From NCBI GenBank assembly GCA_965208325.1, contig OZ242326.1:1408001-1472000 (forward strand): a stretch of 64,000 nucleotides of DNA, written 5' to 3'. The DNA is from Candidatus Poribacteria bacterium. GTDB taxonomy: Bacteria > Poribacteria > WGA-4E > PCPOR2b. The position numbers and the translations under genes were made by a program. Shown here one piece after another: positions 10,503 to 21,011 of the stretch (position 1 is the stretch's first letter; every line of letters starts with the position of its first letter). The notes beneath the pieces are model-generated. The model did no database searches and was not told the origin of the DNA. It saw only the letters and a program-made list of their open reading frames with translations.

Positions 10503-12509
10503 ATGAAAAAAACGATTGCCCTTTTGATTATTGCTTGCATGTATTACATATATGGAACCGGGCTGGCATTTGGGGTTAGTTTTCTAAAATTTGAGCGCGA
10601 GTTTAGCGGAAAAGGCAGCACAAACGGGGCATTCAGCAAAAACGTCCACGTTGCATTCGACGCCGAAGGCAACATTTATGTGAGCGATGCTGATAACAGG
10701 CTGCTGCAGAAACTGTCGTCGACAGGCGAATTCTTGATGCAAACCCCTATGGATCCTAAATCGACGGAAAATATTCTGAAAAAGCCGGGCGACATCGCGG
10801 TAGATGGGGAGGGCAACATATACGTAGCTGATAACACCGCGCACCACATCAAAGAAACAGAAAATCCGAAAATCTACATGTTTGCGCCGTGTGTTTACAA
10901 GCTCAATCCTAGCGGTGAGTTGATGCACACCTATTTCGTTGACCCCGTTGATGTACGCCCAAAGCAGGTATTGCCCGCGCACCTGATGATTGACGAAGAC
11001 GGCAAATCCGCCTTTGGGATTCAGCCGAAACTGCATGACCGTAAATTGCTAGTTGATGTCAACCGCCAAAACCAGCTGTACGTACTTGACCAGAAAAAGT
11101 CCACAGTCAGCATGTTTGGCGCAGATGGTGAAAAATTAAGGGAGTTTGGCAGGTACGGCGCAGCGAACGGAGAATTCGACGGCGATGCCTCCGACATTGA
11201 AATTGACAGCGCGGGGAATGTGCTAATTGCAGACACCGGCAACCACCGCGTGGTCAAGTTTAATCCGGACGGGCAATTCGTGCTGAGTTTCGGCATTAAA
11301 GGACGCGGCAGCGGCGAATTCACCAAACCGCTGGCAATCGCCGCGCTGGCGACCGGCGAGATTCTTGTCAAGGATGCCAGCCAATTCAAGCGTCATCTGG
11401 GTGGATTGCCAGCCGGCGGCTTGATGACGTTAATCTCGCCGTCCGGCGTTGGGATTGCCGATACCGTTACGGCGAACGCGCGGAATAGAAATACGATACT
11501 CGGTCAAAATATGCCGGGGCAATCCGATTTGGACGTATTGCAGCGGCGAATTCGACTTCTGGAGGAGGCAGAATACAGGCGGTATTTCAGCGAATATTTC
11601 GATGAAGAGGACGATAAAGATAAAAATAAGAAAGAGGAAGACGAAGATCTGAAAGCAGCGGCAGTCCGAGCGACTATCTATCACAATGTCATCGCCAGGG
11701 TTCAGAAATTCGACAGCAACGGCAGATACAAAGACCGCGTAATTTATGAGGTCGATAAACAGAGCGATACAGACCGCGACATCGCATTTCTGGCGTTGGA
11801 TTCCTTGGGCCGAATCTACCTGCGTAATGCGAGCGATTTGACTATCCATCAATATTCAATCGCCGGGTTCACGATAAAGCCGTCGCACATGAACGCGCTC
11901 TACAACTCCAGAGCAAGCAACATTGACACCGAGTTTCTTGAAGACTACGAGGATATCGACGCGCACGCGGACGTGATAGATCAATTCAATCAGTTGCGCA
12001 TGGATAACACCTTTTTCTGGACTTATGCCCTGTCGGAACGCTGGAATCTGATGTTGGTCGACACCCTTAGCTACGGTGAAATAGACGAACGCTACACCAC
12101 GCCTCCCAAACGCGAGGACAGCTATGACCTAGATACGAATGCGCTCACGAACACTTTCGCTGCAAACCTAAAATTCATCACCAATCCAAATCCTTACCAA
12201 TATCAAGAACTAAACTTATATGCCGAACGGGTTGACGGCAGGACGGAACTTGGCAGAAACGCAATCTACCAAGACCTGAATCGACAGCGCCAAGAAGATG
12301 AAGGCGATGCCGAATCATTAGCTGTCGGACTAAACTGGGATATCTTGTCCAAGATGAATTTGTGGCTTGAATACTCCGATCTCAATCCCGCCGATACAAG
12401 CCGCAACTATACCCGCCGCTACTTCGATGTTTCTGGAGATCTCTACGAAGTCTTCGCTATCCGGAATCAGAGAAAACAGTTTTTGGGTGAATTGTCGATA
12501 AAATTTTAA
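10503..12509 (+). CDS. Secreted NHL-repeat (beta-propeller) protein with a possible C-terminal outer-membrane beta-barrel
   Basis: Signal peptide; NHL repeats (VAFDAEGNIYVSDADN, IAVDGEGNIYVAD, IDSAGNVLIADTGNHRVVKF); amphipathic strands ending FLGELSIKF. Confidence 0.8.
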   Translation: MKKTIALLIIACMYYIYGTGLAFGVSFLKFEREFSGKGSTNGAFSKNVHVAFDAEGNIYVSDADNRLLQKLSSTGEFLMQTPMDPKSTENILKKPGDIAVDGEGNIYVADNTAHHIKETENPKIYMFAPCVYKLNPSGELMHTYFVDPVDVRPKQVLPAHLMIDEDGKSAFGIQPKLHDRKLLVDVNRQNQLYVLDQKKSTVSMFGADGEKLREFGRYGAANGEFDGDASDIEIDSAGNVLIADTGNHRVVKFNPDGQFVLSFGIKGRGSGEFTKPLAIAALATGEILVKDASQFKRHLGGLPAGGLMTLISPSGVGIADTVTANARNRNTILGQNMPGQSDLDVLQRRIRLLEEAEYRRYFSEYFDEEDDKDKNKKEEDEDLKAAAVRATIYHNVIARVQKFDSNGRYKDRVIYEVDKQSDTDRDIAFLALDSLGRIYLRNASDLTIHQYSIAGFTIKPSHMNALYNSRASNIDTEFLEDYEDIDAHADVIDQFNQLRMDNTFFWTYALSERWNLMLVDTLSYGEIDERYTTPPKREDSYDLDTNALTNTFAANLKFITNPNPYQYQELNLYAERVDGRTELGRNAIYQDLNRQRQEDEGDAESLAVGLNWDILSKMNLWLEYSDLNPADTSRNYTRRYFDVSGDLYEVFAIRNQRKQFLGELSIKF

Positions 12510-12572
12510 TTGGCGGTATGGACAATTTATACCGACGCCATTTCTCGATTCACCATTCGACTCACACCAAAT

Positions 12573-12740
12573 AACCCCTGAGCGACAGCGGGCGTGTAGA
12601 ATCTCGAATCCTACATACAAAATAGCCCCAGCGGGACGATAGGTATTTGGTAACGCGGAAACTATACTCATCAAATACCCGTAGGGACGGCAGGTTTATA
12701 GATTCGCGGATTCATGGTGCCTGTTGCCTTGACGGGCGAC
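12573..12740. repeat. Degenerate REP/MITE-like repeat cluster between convergent genes
   Basis: Related units agccccagcgggacgataggt and atacccgtagggacggcaggt, an inverted copy gcctgttgccttgacgggc and a weaker first unit. Confidence 0.45.
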
Positions 12741-12770
12741 GTAAACGAAATCAATCCGTCCCCTGTTCCT

Positions 12771-14969
12771 TCACGGCGCCACTTCCACAACCCACCCCAC
12801 TGTTTTGGCGGGTTTGTATTCTCCGTCGCGCAGGTATTTCGAGGTGTGCCACAAACATAACCGCTTTCCGTCGGGCAACCATGTCACTTTCACCAAGTCA
12901 ACTGTTGTACGCGCGATCGGCAATGCGCGGTTCGTTTCCATATCCAGCACCCATACCTTCCACATTATCCCCATACAATCCTCACGTTCCAGATAAGCCA
13001 GCCGAACGCCTTGGGGCGACCATGACGGCGATGTGTGTTTGAGAACTCTTGACTCATTTGGCAAATCCGTAGAAACAACGTGGAGTTGCTTATTTAGCAG
13101 CGCGCCCGACACCGCATCTCCGGAAAGCACGTAAGCAAGGTTAGTTCCGTCAGCCGACCAATTTACCTGTTTAACACGTTGGGAAGACGTTTTGATCTCT
13201 TTCAGTTTTGTGCCGTTAGTATCCTGGATGCGAATCCTGGCGTGTCCGGAGGCGTAGTGTTGGTAATCCAAACCAATTGCAACTCGATTTCCATCTGGAG
13301 ACCACGAAGGCGGGTCTAGGTAACTGAAGGCGCCAATCCGACCCTTGATTGGTATCCGCGCCATCTGGGCAAGCTGGGATTTATCGCTATTAATTCGATA
13401 AAGGTTATGAACCCCATCTTCCCAACGCCGGAACGCAATCTGATTTGCCGTCGGCGACCACGCCGGCGCATCCCCGGCAACCAGCTTGATTATGTGGGGA
13501 TTATGCCGATTAATTATAAATACATAGCTGTCCCTTCCCTCATATCCTTCAAACGCAATAAGATTGCTGTCGAGCGACCATGATAGATGCGGATTATAGA
13601 AATTCCCTCCGCACAGCCGCTTGAACCGCCTCGCATATCTGTCCGTCAACCAGAGTTCGCTCGCTTTCCAGTATTGCCCGGAGAGGTTGGTTCGCTTCAA
13701 AAACGCAATCACCTTGCCGTTGGGCGACCAGTGAGGGGATTCTCCGCCTTCAATCAGTTCCAATGTCCGAACGTTTGAACAGAGGGCTTTATTGAACTGA
13801 ACACCCTCGATTTCTTCAAACTCGCCAATTCCAAACCCGTCCATCCAACCGTATTCCCCGTCTGGAAGTTCAACGTGATACCAATTCTCCGACGCATCAA
13901 CGATTGGCAGTTCGACGCCATCGTTAAGTGACAATAGCACGTCTGAGGTTTTTTCAGCACTCGGCTCCCCAGTAATTCCGCTGTCTCTTTTGGCATAAAC
14001 AGGTGCTTCATCGCGAACGACGATTCCGAATGGACGTTTATCCGGTTCAACTTGAGGCGCATCGGCGTCTAGATTTTCAAAGGCATACACATATCCGTCG
14101 TGCGACGTGATGTAAAGCATTCCGTCCGCGATTGCCGGCGCCGCGTCAAAGTAGCCTTTTGCTTCGTACGACCAAATCTCCGCTTGTGATTCAGCGTCAA
14201 AAGCGTGAACTTTTTTATCGCGTCCGCCGATGTAGACGACCCCATTTGCCATGACCGGATAGCTACTCGTACCGGGCGTGAAACCGCGCCAAAAATCCGC
14301 GTGATGATGCGGCATCGTTGGCCGTAACTTTCCGCGGGTGCAAACATATTCGTTGCCGCTAATCCTGACGCGGCTCCTGACTTGGTTCAGTAACGCACCG
14401 GTCGCCGCATCCATGATAAGAATCTTGTTCGGAAATACGCCAACGTAAATGTTTCCGCCTGAAGCAATCGGCGGGGAATCCATCCAGTTCTCGGCTTGGT
14501 ACTGCCAAATCTGGACGCCCGAATCCGATTCAAGCGCATACACCCGGTTGTCTCGCGCACTGACGTAGACGCGGTTGTTCCACACTGTCGGTGCGTACCG
14601 AATGGCGCCGCTAGTTTGAAACGTCCACCGTACTCCCCAATTTTCTGCGTCAAGCGCATACAGCTTTTGGTCCTCTGAACCAACGTATACGGTTCCGTAA
14701 GCCACGGCAACGCTACCGATTATGGGGCCTCCGGTCTTGAATTTCCAGCGCAACTTGAGCGGCGGCTTAAGGCGCTGATCGGAACTTTTACCGGAGAAAT
14801 TCAGGTCGTGCATGAACATCGGCCAATCTTGGGGCCGAGTCGGCGATACAGTTTCGGCCCGTTGACTCACCCCGTCGGGTTTTGCGGAAGGAGTCGCATC
14901 TTGCGTGTCAGGAGATTGACACGACCATATGGCAAAAACAAGTAAAACCGAAAAAATGATTCGCCTCAT
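12771..14969 (-). CDS. Lipoprotein with a PQQ-like (BamB-type) beta-propeller, an SH3-like domain and TolB/PD40-like repeats
   Basis: Lipobox-like IWSC; WPMF, WKFKTGG, VYVGSED PQQ repeats; WYHVELPDGEYGWM SH3-like; repeated PxWSPxG. Confidence 0.82.
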   Translation of the reverse strand: MRRIIFSVLLVFAIWSCQSPDTQDATPSAKPDGVSQRAETVSPTRPQDWPMFMHDLNFSGKSSDQRLKPPLKLRWKFKTGGPIIGSVAVAYGTVYVGSEDQKLYALDAENWGVRWTFQTSGAIRYAPTVWNNRVYVSARDNRVYALESDSGVQIWQYQAENWMDSPPIASGGNIYVGVFPNKILIMDAATGALLNQVRSRVRISGNEYVCTRGKLRPTMPHHHADFWRGFTPGTSSYPVMANGVVYIGGRDKKVHAFDAESQAEIWSYEAKGYFDAAPAIADGMLYITSHDGYVYAFENLDADAPQVEPDKRPFGIVVRDEAPVYAKRDSGITGEPSAEKTSDVLLSLNDGVELPIVDASENWYHVELPDGEYGWMDGFGIGEFEEIEGVQFNKALCSNVRTLELIEGGESPHWSPNGKVIAFLKRTNLSGQYWKASELWLTDRYARRFKRLCGGNFYNPHLSWSLDSNLIAFEGYEGRDSYVFIINRHNPHIIKLVAGDAPAWSPTANQIAFRRWEDGVHNLYRINSDKSQLAQMARIPIKGRIGAFSYLDPPSWSPDGNRVAIGLDYQHYASGHARIRIQDTNGTKLKEIKTSSQRVKQVNWSADGTNLAYVLSGDAVSGALLNKQLHVVSTDLPNESRVLKHTSPSWSPQGVRLAYLEREDCMGIMWKVWVLDMETNRALPIARTTVDLVKVTWLPDGKRLCLWHTSKYLRDGEYKPAKTVGWVVEVAP

Positions 14970-14990
14970 TATCGTCCTTTTCAGCGAGAT

Positions 14991-15476
14991 TCACTCCTCT
15001 GAGCCAGTTTTATATACTAGCCCCCTCAACCTCAGGTAAAACACCGGGTTGTCCTTTCCCGCCTCCATCAACAAATCGGTTAGTTCCGATTTAGATAGGC
15101 GTTCCAGCTCTTGACGAATTTGCGAATCGACGACACCTTCATCAACCCGCTCGTAAACCCATTCAAATAGGACCGCGGCAACATGCTGACAGACATCAAA
15201 CCCTTGGGAATATGAGCAGGTGCAGTTGCCGTCAATTCCATCATCATCGTACCAGACTCTGACAGTGTAATTCGGGGATGATCTGCCGGCCATTTCGGCA
15301 TCAATAGCAGTTTCGCTAACCCTCAGATTCTTCACCAATCCCGATTCGTAATCGTCGTATCCACGCCCCGCCAAGGTATGGCCGACCAGTGTGTAGATGT
15401 CATCCTCAGTGACGTCATTTAGCTTCATTCGCAATACCCGCAACTTGTTTTTTACGTGCACATCAAAATCCGGCAT
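14991..15476 (-). CDS. SWIM zinc finger protein
   Basis: CTCSYSQGFDVCQH fits CxCxnCxH. Confidence 0.8.
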   Translation of the reverse strand: MPDFDVHVKNKLRVLRMKLNDVTEDDIYTLVGHTLAGRGYDDYESGLVKNLRVSETAIDAEMAGRSSPNYTVRVWYDDDGIDGNCTCSYSQGFDVCQHVAAVLFEWVYERVDEGVVDSQIRQELERLSKSELTDLLMEAGKDNPVFYLRLRGLVYKTGSEE

Positions 15477-15561
15477 ATTTCAAGGTAAATTATAGGTGAT
15501 TATTTGCGCTTCGTCAACGCGCAATTGTGCTGCCCGTGACGCATGCAGGGGATTTATTCTA

Positions 15562-15590
15562 TTGACACTAACCGTTTGTTCAGTTACACT
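15562..15590 (+). promoter_or_regulatory. Putative sigma70 promoter of the hflX operon
   Basis: TTGACA-N17-TACACT. Confidence 0.65.
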
Positions 15591-15642
15591 TTCGTCACGG
15601 ATGAATCTGTAGGTATTGACTCCACCGCTGAAAGGAGAGTTT

Positions 15643-16971
15643 ATGTCCGAAACTCATCACCTGACGATACCCTCACCCCAACGCGTTGTCCTCGTTGGAG
15701 TAAAATTAAAAACGCAACTGAAAAGTGATGTAGAGGATTCGCTAGTAGAGTTAGGACAACTCGCGGAGACCGCCGGTTTCGAGGTGCTTCACAAAATTGT
15801 ACAGCCCAGAGATACACCGGATCCCGCACATTTTATCGGGGCGGGGAAGCTAAAGGAATTGGGCGCATTGATGAGCGAAGCGGGTGCGGACGCGGTCGTT
15901 TTCGATAATGAACTCACGCCGGCGCAAACACGCAATATTGAAAAGGCATTGGACACAGTTGCCATCGACCGGACAAGCCTAATTCTGGAAATCTTCGCGC
16001 AGCGGGCACAGACGAAGGAAGCAAAACTACAGGTGGAGTTAGCCCAGTTACAATATGCCTTGCCGCGTCTGACTCGGATGTGGACCCATTTGTCCCGCTT
16101 GGCGACGGGCGGCGGCGGAAGTACGGCTGTCGGTGCAGGGCGTACCGGCGGCGCGGTCCGCGGTCCGGGCGAAACGCAGCTACAAATTGACCGAAACTTG
16201 ATTGGTGCGCAGATACTACGCCTCCAGAAATCCTTGAAGGCGGTTGAAAAACAACGGCGCGTTCAGCGAAGCAGCCGAAGCGAGATGATTAAAGTGTCGC
16301 TGGTTGGTTACACAAATGCCGGCAAGTCAACGCTCTTCAACGTGCTGACCGGCGAAAATCGGCTTGCTGAAAATCGGTTGTTCGCGACCCTCGATCCAAC
16401 CACGCGCGTCGTTGACTTACCCGACAACCGGCAAATCTTGTTGACAGATACTGTCGGATTCATCAAAAAACTTCCGCATCATCTTGTCGCTGCATTCAAA
16501 GCCACACTAGAGGAGGTTGCTGAAGCGGATTTGCTTCTTCACGTGGTTGATGGAAGCCACCCCCAGGCGGAAGCTCAAGTCGAATCCGTGAACGACGTGC
16601 TCAAATCGTTGAACGCCAACGACATCCCCACAATCATCCTACTGAATAAAATCGACCTATCCGAAAACGAGGAACAACCGCAACTTCTCCGTTTCAAATT
16701 TCCCGATAGCCTCCAAATTTCTGCACAGACAGGGGCTGGGCTTGAAAAACTGAAGACCGAGCTTGCTGACCGATTCGCTTCCACGGACATTGACATGTCG
16801 CTCCGCCTCTCTTATCGTGACGGCAAGGCGCTGGACTACCTGTATAAACACGGCGAGGTTTTTGAGGCGGATTATGGCGGCAACGCCATCCGAGTCCAAG
16901 CGAGGCTTCCGCACCGCTATCTGAAGGCGTTGAATCAGCTTGCGGCGCATTCAACCTATGAGCTGCGATAA
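15643..16971 (+). CDS. hflX: GTPase HflX
   Basis: ELGQLAETAG, LQVELAQLQYALPRL, GPGETQL, GYTNAGKST, LFATLD, DTVGFI, NKID; start moved to the ATG after AAAGGAG. Confidence 0.96.
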   Translation: MSETHHLTIPSPQRVVLVGVKLKTQLKSDVEDSLVELGQLAETAGFEVLHKIVQPRDTPDPAHFIGAGKLKELGALMSEAGADAVVFDNELTPAQTRNIEKALDTVAIDRTSLILEIFAQRAQTKEAKLQVELAQLQYALPRLTRMWTHLSRLATGGGGSTAVGAGRTGGAVRGPGETQLQIDRNLIGAQILRLQKSLKAVEKQRRVQRSSRSEMIKVSLVGYTNAGKSTLFNVLTGENRLAENRLFATLDPTTRVVDLPDNRQILLTDTVGFIKKLPHHLVAAFKATLEEVAEADLLLHVVDGSHPQAEAQVESVNDVLKSLNANDIPTIILLNKIDLSENEEQPQLLRFKFPDSLQISAQTGAGLEKLKTELADRFASTDIDMSLRLSYRDGKALDYLYKHGEVFEADYGGNAIRVQARLPHRYLKALNQLAAHSTYELR

Positions 16972-16989
16972 ACAAGACAAGGACTTGTA

Positions 16990-18816
16990 TTGAATGGAGA
17001 AGTATTCCTTAAATGGAGTCCTTCCGCCAATGGAAGGGACAATAACACCCATCGGAAAGCGTTTAAACGATTGCTTCACGAAGGGAAACGCGCATGGATT
17101 TTGGTTGATGCGCTGGCGGACCGGACACGTTTCCACCTTAACTTTGTCGACCATACCTTTTCTCAAGCGGACAGTGCTGAGGCTATCCAGACATTACTCC
17201 GGCAGCTTCTCAGCCCTTCTCAAGGCTTTAACCGAACCTACCTTCTCGCACAGGAAGGTGCCGAAGTTCCGTGCTACGATATAACGGAACATATCGGTAG
17301 ATGTCTAGGGGGCGATCTCACAGTCGCCGATAGGCTGAGAGGCCGCACCATTTTTCACCTCCGTCAAACCGGCGCGCAGACGGAGGATCTTCTGTCTGTA
17401 GACGGCGTTTGCGCGCACGCGCACCGGATATTGCAGCCGTACCTCCGCGAATTCGCCGAATACTTGGACAGAGCCGTTATCGGTTTTTGCTGTAACCTTC
17501 CGACCTTTCTGTCCCCGCTCCGAAGCGAACCGCAATCAATTCCTTGGAGCGTGGAACTTGTCAACCAACTCGAGACCGATGCCTCGGTAGAATTCCTCCG
17601 ATTACTTCCGTTGACATTCCATGAAACGTACGACTCAGCGGCAGTTCGTTGCCGTTATTGGGAGCATCTGACCCGACAGTTCGCAGAGGTTTGTATCGGC
17701 GGACTGAAAAAGTATTGCCGCGAGTTGAATCTACAATTCGCAATAAATATTCCTGCGTCGGCGCGAGCGTTGGAAGCGGATATTGGGGAATTACTCAACC
17801 ACGCCAATCGCCCCATTTTCAGCCCTAAAAAGACGGATCAGCCGTACCGATTCTTAATCTCCAAGTGGGCCGCCAGCGTGCCGAATATTGAACGCTCCGG
17901 GCAAATCAGCATCTGCGCACCGGACACAACATCAAGTTTCGGTTCAGACCGACTCGCTTATGGCAGCGCGTTGGGATTCAATTCATGGATTTTGCCGGAA
18001 AATTCCTCAACCGCACCCGAAGACACGTTAGTAAACCTGAATCGCTTCCTGTCCGTTGGTGTTGCGACAAGACCGATGCTCATGATTTCGCCGATCCACA
18101 GCCTCTGGACAAAACCCGATGGAAAAGTCTGGGATTGGATAAAAAAAGAGTGGAGTTGGCTGTGTCAAACCGTTTGGACTCTCGGATATGACTTCGATGT
18201 AGTCTCGGAAACGGAATTGACCGCGGCGACGGTCAATAAAGGTGCAATCCATTTTGATAAAACCGCTTACCCGCTCATCTTGCTCCCAACTTGCCTGTCG
18301 CTCCAGGAACGGACGGTGAATCTGTTGACGCAATTTGAAAATGCGCGCGGCAAGCTGATTGCCCTGCCTCCAGTGCCGTATTTGCTCAACGGCAGAATCG
18401 GCGTCGACCCCTATCCGCTCGAACGTTTGCTTTATCGGTGGCGCACATCCATTGTAACCGGTGAAACGAAGAACGAAAAAACGGAAAGTCTCAAACGGCT
18501 GCTGCGAAAGTGGGTCAATCCGGCGATACAGGTTTTCCGGCGGCCCGACAATATTCCGACGAACTGCCTGGCAATTCATCACCGTCATTCGGACGATGTT
18601 GAACTGTTCTATCTTTACAACCGAGAGGAAATGCCGGTTGAGGTCCTCGTCGAGATGAATTGGGAGGCATCTACACTGAATGAATGGAATGCTGCGACCG
18701 GTGAGCAGGGGGGTTTAGACTGTTGGCACGCCGACGCAAAAACGTACACGACGCTATCCTTTGCACCCCAACAGGGAAGGCTAATTGTCGACCAAAGGGT
18801 GATGCGCGAAGCGTGA
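16990..18816 (+). CDS. Hypothetical protein resembling degenerate GH106/alpha-L-rhamnosidase-like proteins
   Basis: IPWS, VRCRYWEHL, LGYDFDVVSE, YPLILLP and FYLYN segments resemble that architecture; weak. Confidence 0.45.
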   Translation: MNGEVFLKWSPSANGRDNNTHRKAFKRLLHEGKRAWILVDALADRTRFHLNFVDHTFSQADSAEAIQTLLRQLLSPSQGFNRTYLLAQEGAEVPCYDITEHIGRCLGGDLTVADRLRGRTIFHLRQTGAQTEDLLSVDGVCAHAHRILQPYLREFAEYLDRAVIGFCCNLPTFLSPLRSEPQSIPWSVELVNQLETDASVEFLRLLPLTFHETYDSAAVRCRYWEHLTRQFAEVCIGGLKKYCRELNLQFAINIPASARALEADIGELLNHANRPIFSPKKTDQPYRFLISKWAASVPNIERSGQISICAPDTTSSFGSDRLAYGSALGFNSWILPENSSTAPEDTLVNLNRFLSVGVATRPMLMISPIHSLWTKPDGKVWDWIKKEWSWLCQTVWTLGYDFDVVSETELTAATVNKGAIHFDKTAYPLILLPTCLSLQERTVNLLTQFENARGKLIALPPVPYLLNGRIGVDPYPLERLLYRWRTSIVTGETKNEKTESLKRLLRKWVNPAIQVFRRPDNIPTNCLAIHHRHSDDVELFYLYNREEMPVEVLVEMNWEASTLNEWNAATGEQGGLDCWHADAKTYTTLSFAPQQGRLIVDQRVMREA

Positions 18817-18883
18817 TGAAGGATAATGTGACATAATCTCAAGTCTATGTGGATATTTTTGATTTCAAGGATAGTTCGCACGA

Positions 18884-19642
18884 ATGCTCAAGGAACTGAA
18901 CAAAAGCGAATGGCTTTCGCTGTTAAACATCCCCGAAGACAGGATACCGAAGGTTTTAGTGCTGCGCGGCACCCGGAACCTGAGACGCAATTTTTACAAG
19001 CATCGTGCTTATTTTACGGATTGCATTGAGATTGGCTCACCAAACGGAATTTTCGAGGACGTGTTGATTGGTAAATATCAGGATACCGATGTCGGTTATG
19101 CATCTGTATACGGCGATGCAATGGCATCCGAAATCACGCATGTGTTCGGTGTGCTGGGGACGTCCGTCGTCATCCAGACCGGTTGCTGCGGCGCGCTGGC
19201 GGATTGGCATCAGCCCGGCGATATCGTGTGTGCGACATCAGCGCATTGCGGAGAGGGGGCGGCGCAATATTATTTTCCCCGTACACAAGAGATAGATGCG
19301 TCACCCAACCTCGTTGACTTGCTTAAGCCCGTATGGTTTGATCCTGTTGCATTACACAAAGGTCCAATTTGGACCACATCCGCGCTGCTAGGAGAGGGAA
19401 TACAGGAAGTTCAGAAATGGTCTCGTCAGGGCTATATCGCGGTGGACATGGAAACTGCGAGCACTTTCGCAGTTGCAGAATATTTTCAGATGGGCAGGCT
19501 GTCGCTGCTGTTCGTTTTTGATAATCCCTGCCGGGGGGAGCACATTCTCTTGAACGATGCTAAAAAACAGAAGCGGAGAGCAATTGGGGAGCAGGTCATG
19601 ATTAATGCAGTCTTTGGCATAATAGAATGCTGCGAATTTTGA
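18884..19642 (+). CDS. Nucleoside phosphorylase family protein (PNP/UDP)
   Basis: IQTGCCGAL, PGDIV, GPIWTT, AVDMETAS. Confidence 0.85.
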   Translation: MLKELNKSEWLSLLNIPEDRIPKVLVLRGTRNLRRNFYKHRAYFTDCIEIGSPNGIFEDVLIGKYQDTDVGYASVYGDAMASEITHVFGVLGTSVVIQTGCCGALADWHQPGDIVCATSAHCGEGAAQYYFPRTQEIDASPNLVDLLKPVWFDPVALHKGPIWTTSALLGEGIQEVQKWSRQGYIAVDMETASTFAVAEYFQMGRLSLLFVFDNPCRGEHILLNDAKKQKRRAIGEQVMINAVFGIIECCEF

Positions 19643-19674
19643 ATGGGATAATTTTTCAAAGCACGGAGGGTTGA

Positions 19675-20892
19675 ATGGAAAGTCACACAGACACGATAAT
19701 TGAAAAAACGGAATCGCATTTCTTTCCGGTGTTCAACAGAAGTCCTTTGGTCGTTGATAGAGCAAGCGGATGTCTGGTCTGGGATGTAAACGGAAAGGAA
19801 TATATTGACCTGACATCGGGCTGGGGTGTGACGACGCTCGGGCATTGTTACCCCGCTTTGATTGAAGCGGTATCAGAGCAGTTAGGGTTGTGCATGCAAG
19901 CTCCAAACTGTAATCTGTCTTACACGATTCCTCAAGCTGAAGCCTCGGAACTGCTTTGTGAGATTTCACCGCCGGGTCTCACAAGGGTCTTCTTTACGAA
20001 CTGCGGCTCTGAAGCCGTAGAGTGCGCGATCAAGCTTGCCCGACGAGCGAAAAATAAGCCGGGGTTCATCGCTTGCCGGAACGGCTTTCACGGCAGAACG
20101 CTGGGCGCCGCATCGATCACCGGTCAGGAACGGTACAGAGCGCCGTTTGAACCGCTATTGCCCGGGATGAAGTTCGTTGAATTCGGGAGTTGCGCGGCTA
20201 TCGAAGCTGCCATTGATGAGGAAACAGCCGCAATTATCGTAGAACCGATTCAGGGAGAAGGCGGTGTAATTGTGCCGCCAGCCGGTTATCTGAATGGTCT
20301 GAGGAAAATTGCGCATAGGCATGATATCCTGCTCATCTTCGATGAAATTCAGACCGGCATCGGCCGGACGGGAAAAATGTTCGGCGCCAACCACGAAGGC
20401 GTGACACCGGATATTCTCCTTTTGGGCAAATGCTTGGGCGGCGGAATTCCCGTCGGGGCTATTGTTATCACTGAGGATGTCGCTGCAACAATCGAAAAGG
20501 GCGATCATGGGGGCACCTTTGCGGGCAATCCAATCGCGTGTGCTGCGGTTGTTTCCGTCATCCGAGAGTTGCTAGCGCATCGAATCCTTGAACATTGCCA
20601 AAAGGCTGGAGACATCGTAATAAACTCCCTGAGAGAGATTCAACACTCTACTGCTGAAAAGATTGTTGATATTCGCGGACGCGGTCTCCTGATTGGGTGC
20701 GAATTGTCGTCTGATGAATTGGCATCTGCCATTTCAAATCAGTGTCTGGAGCAAGGGGTCATCATCAACGTTGTGCACGGTAAAGTAATCAGAATATTTC
20801 CCGCGTTGAATGTAGATCTTTCACTCTTGGAGAAAGGGATGCAAACGATCGCAAACATTATGGGTTCTTCACTGTTAAGCGAGGACACCTAA
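19675..20892 (+). CDS. Class III PLP aminotransferase (acetylornithine aminotransferase-like)
   Basis: GSEAVECAIK, FHGRT, EPIQGEGG, DEIQTGIGRTG, GKCLGGG, HGGTFAGNP. Confidence 0.9.
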   Translation: MESHTDTIIEKTESHFFPVFNRSPLVVDRASGCLVWDVNGKEYIDLTSGWGVTTLGHCYPALIEAVSEQLGLCMQAPNCNLSYTIPQAEASELLCEISPPGLTRVFFTNCGSEAVECAIKLARRAKNKPGFIACRNGFHGRTLGAASITGQERYRAPFEPLLPGMKFVEFGSCAAIEAAIDEETAAIIVEPIQGEGGVIVPPAGYLNGLRKIAHRHDILLIFDEIQTGIGRTGKMFGANHEGVTPDILLLGKCLGGGIPVGAIVITEDVAATIEKGDHGGTFAGNPIACAAVVSVIRELLAHRILEHCQKAGDIVINSLREIQHSTAEKIVDIRGRGLLIGCELSSDELASAISNQCLEQGVIINVVHGKVIRIFPALNVDLSLLEKGMQTIANIMGSSLLSEDT

Positions 20893-21011
20893 ATTGCCCA
20901 AATAGCATAATGGCGCCCATGTTTGTGCATGAGCTACGTGAGGAATTGCCTTGAACTCCGACTGGAAAGAACTGACATCCCGATAAACAGTATTCTTGAG
21001 CATGGTGAACC

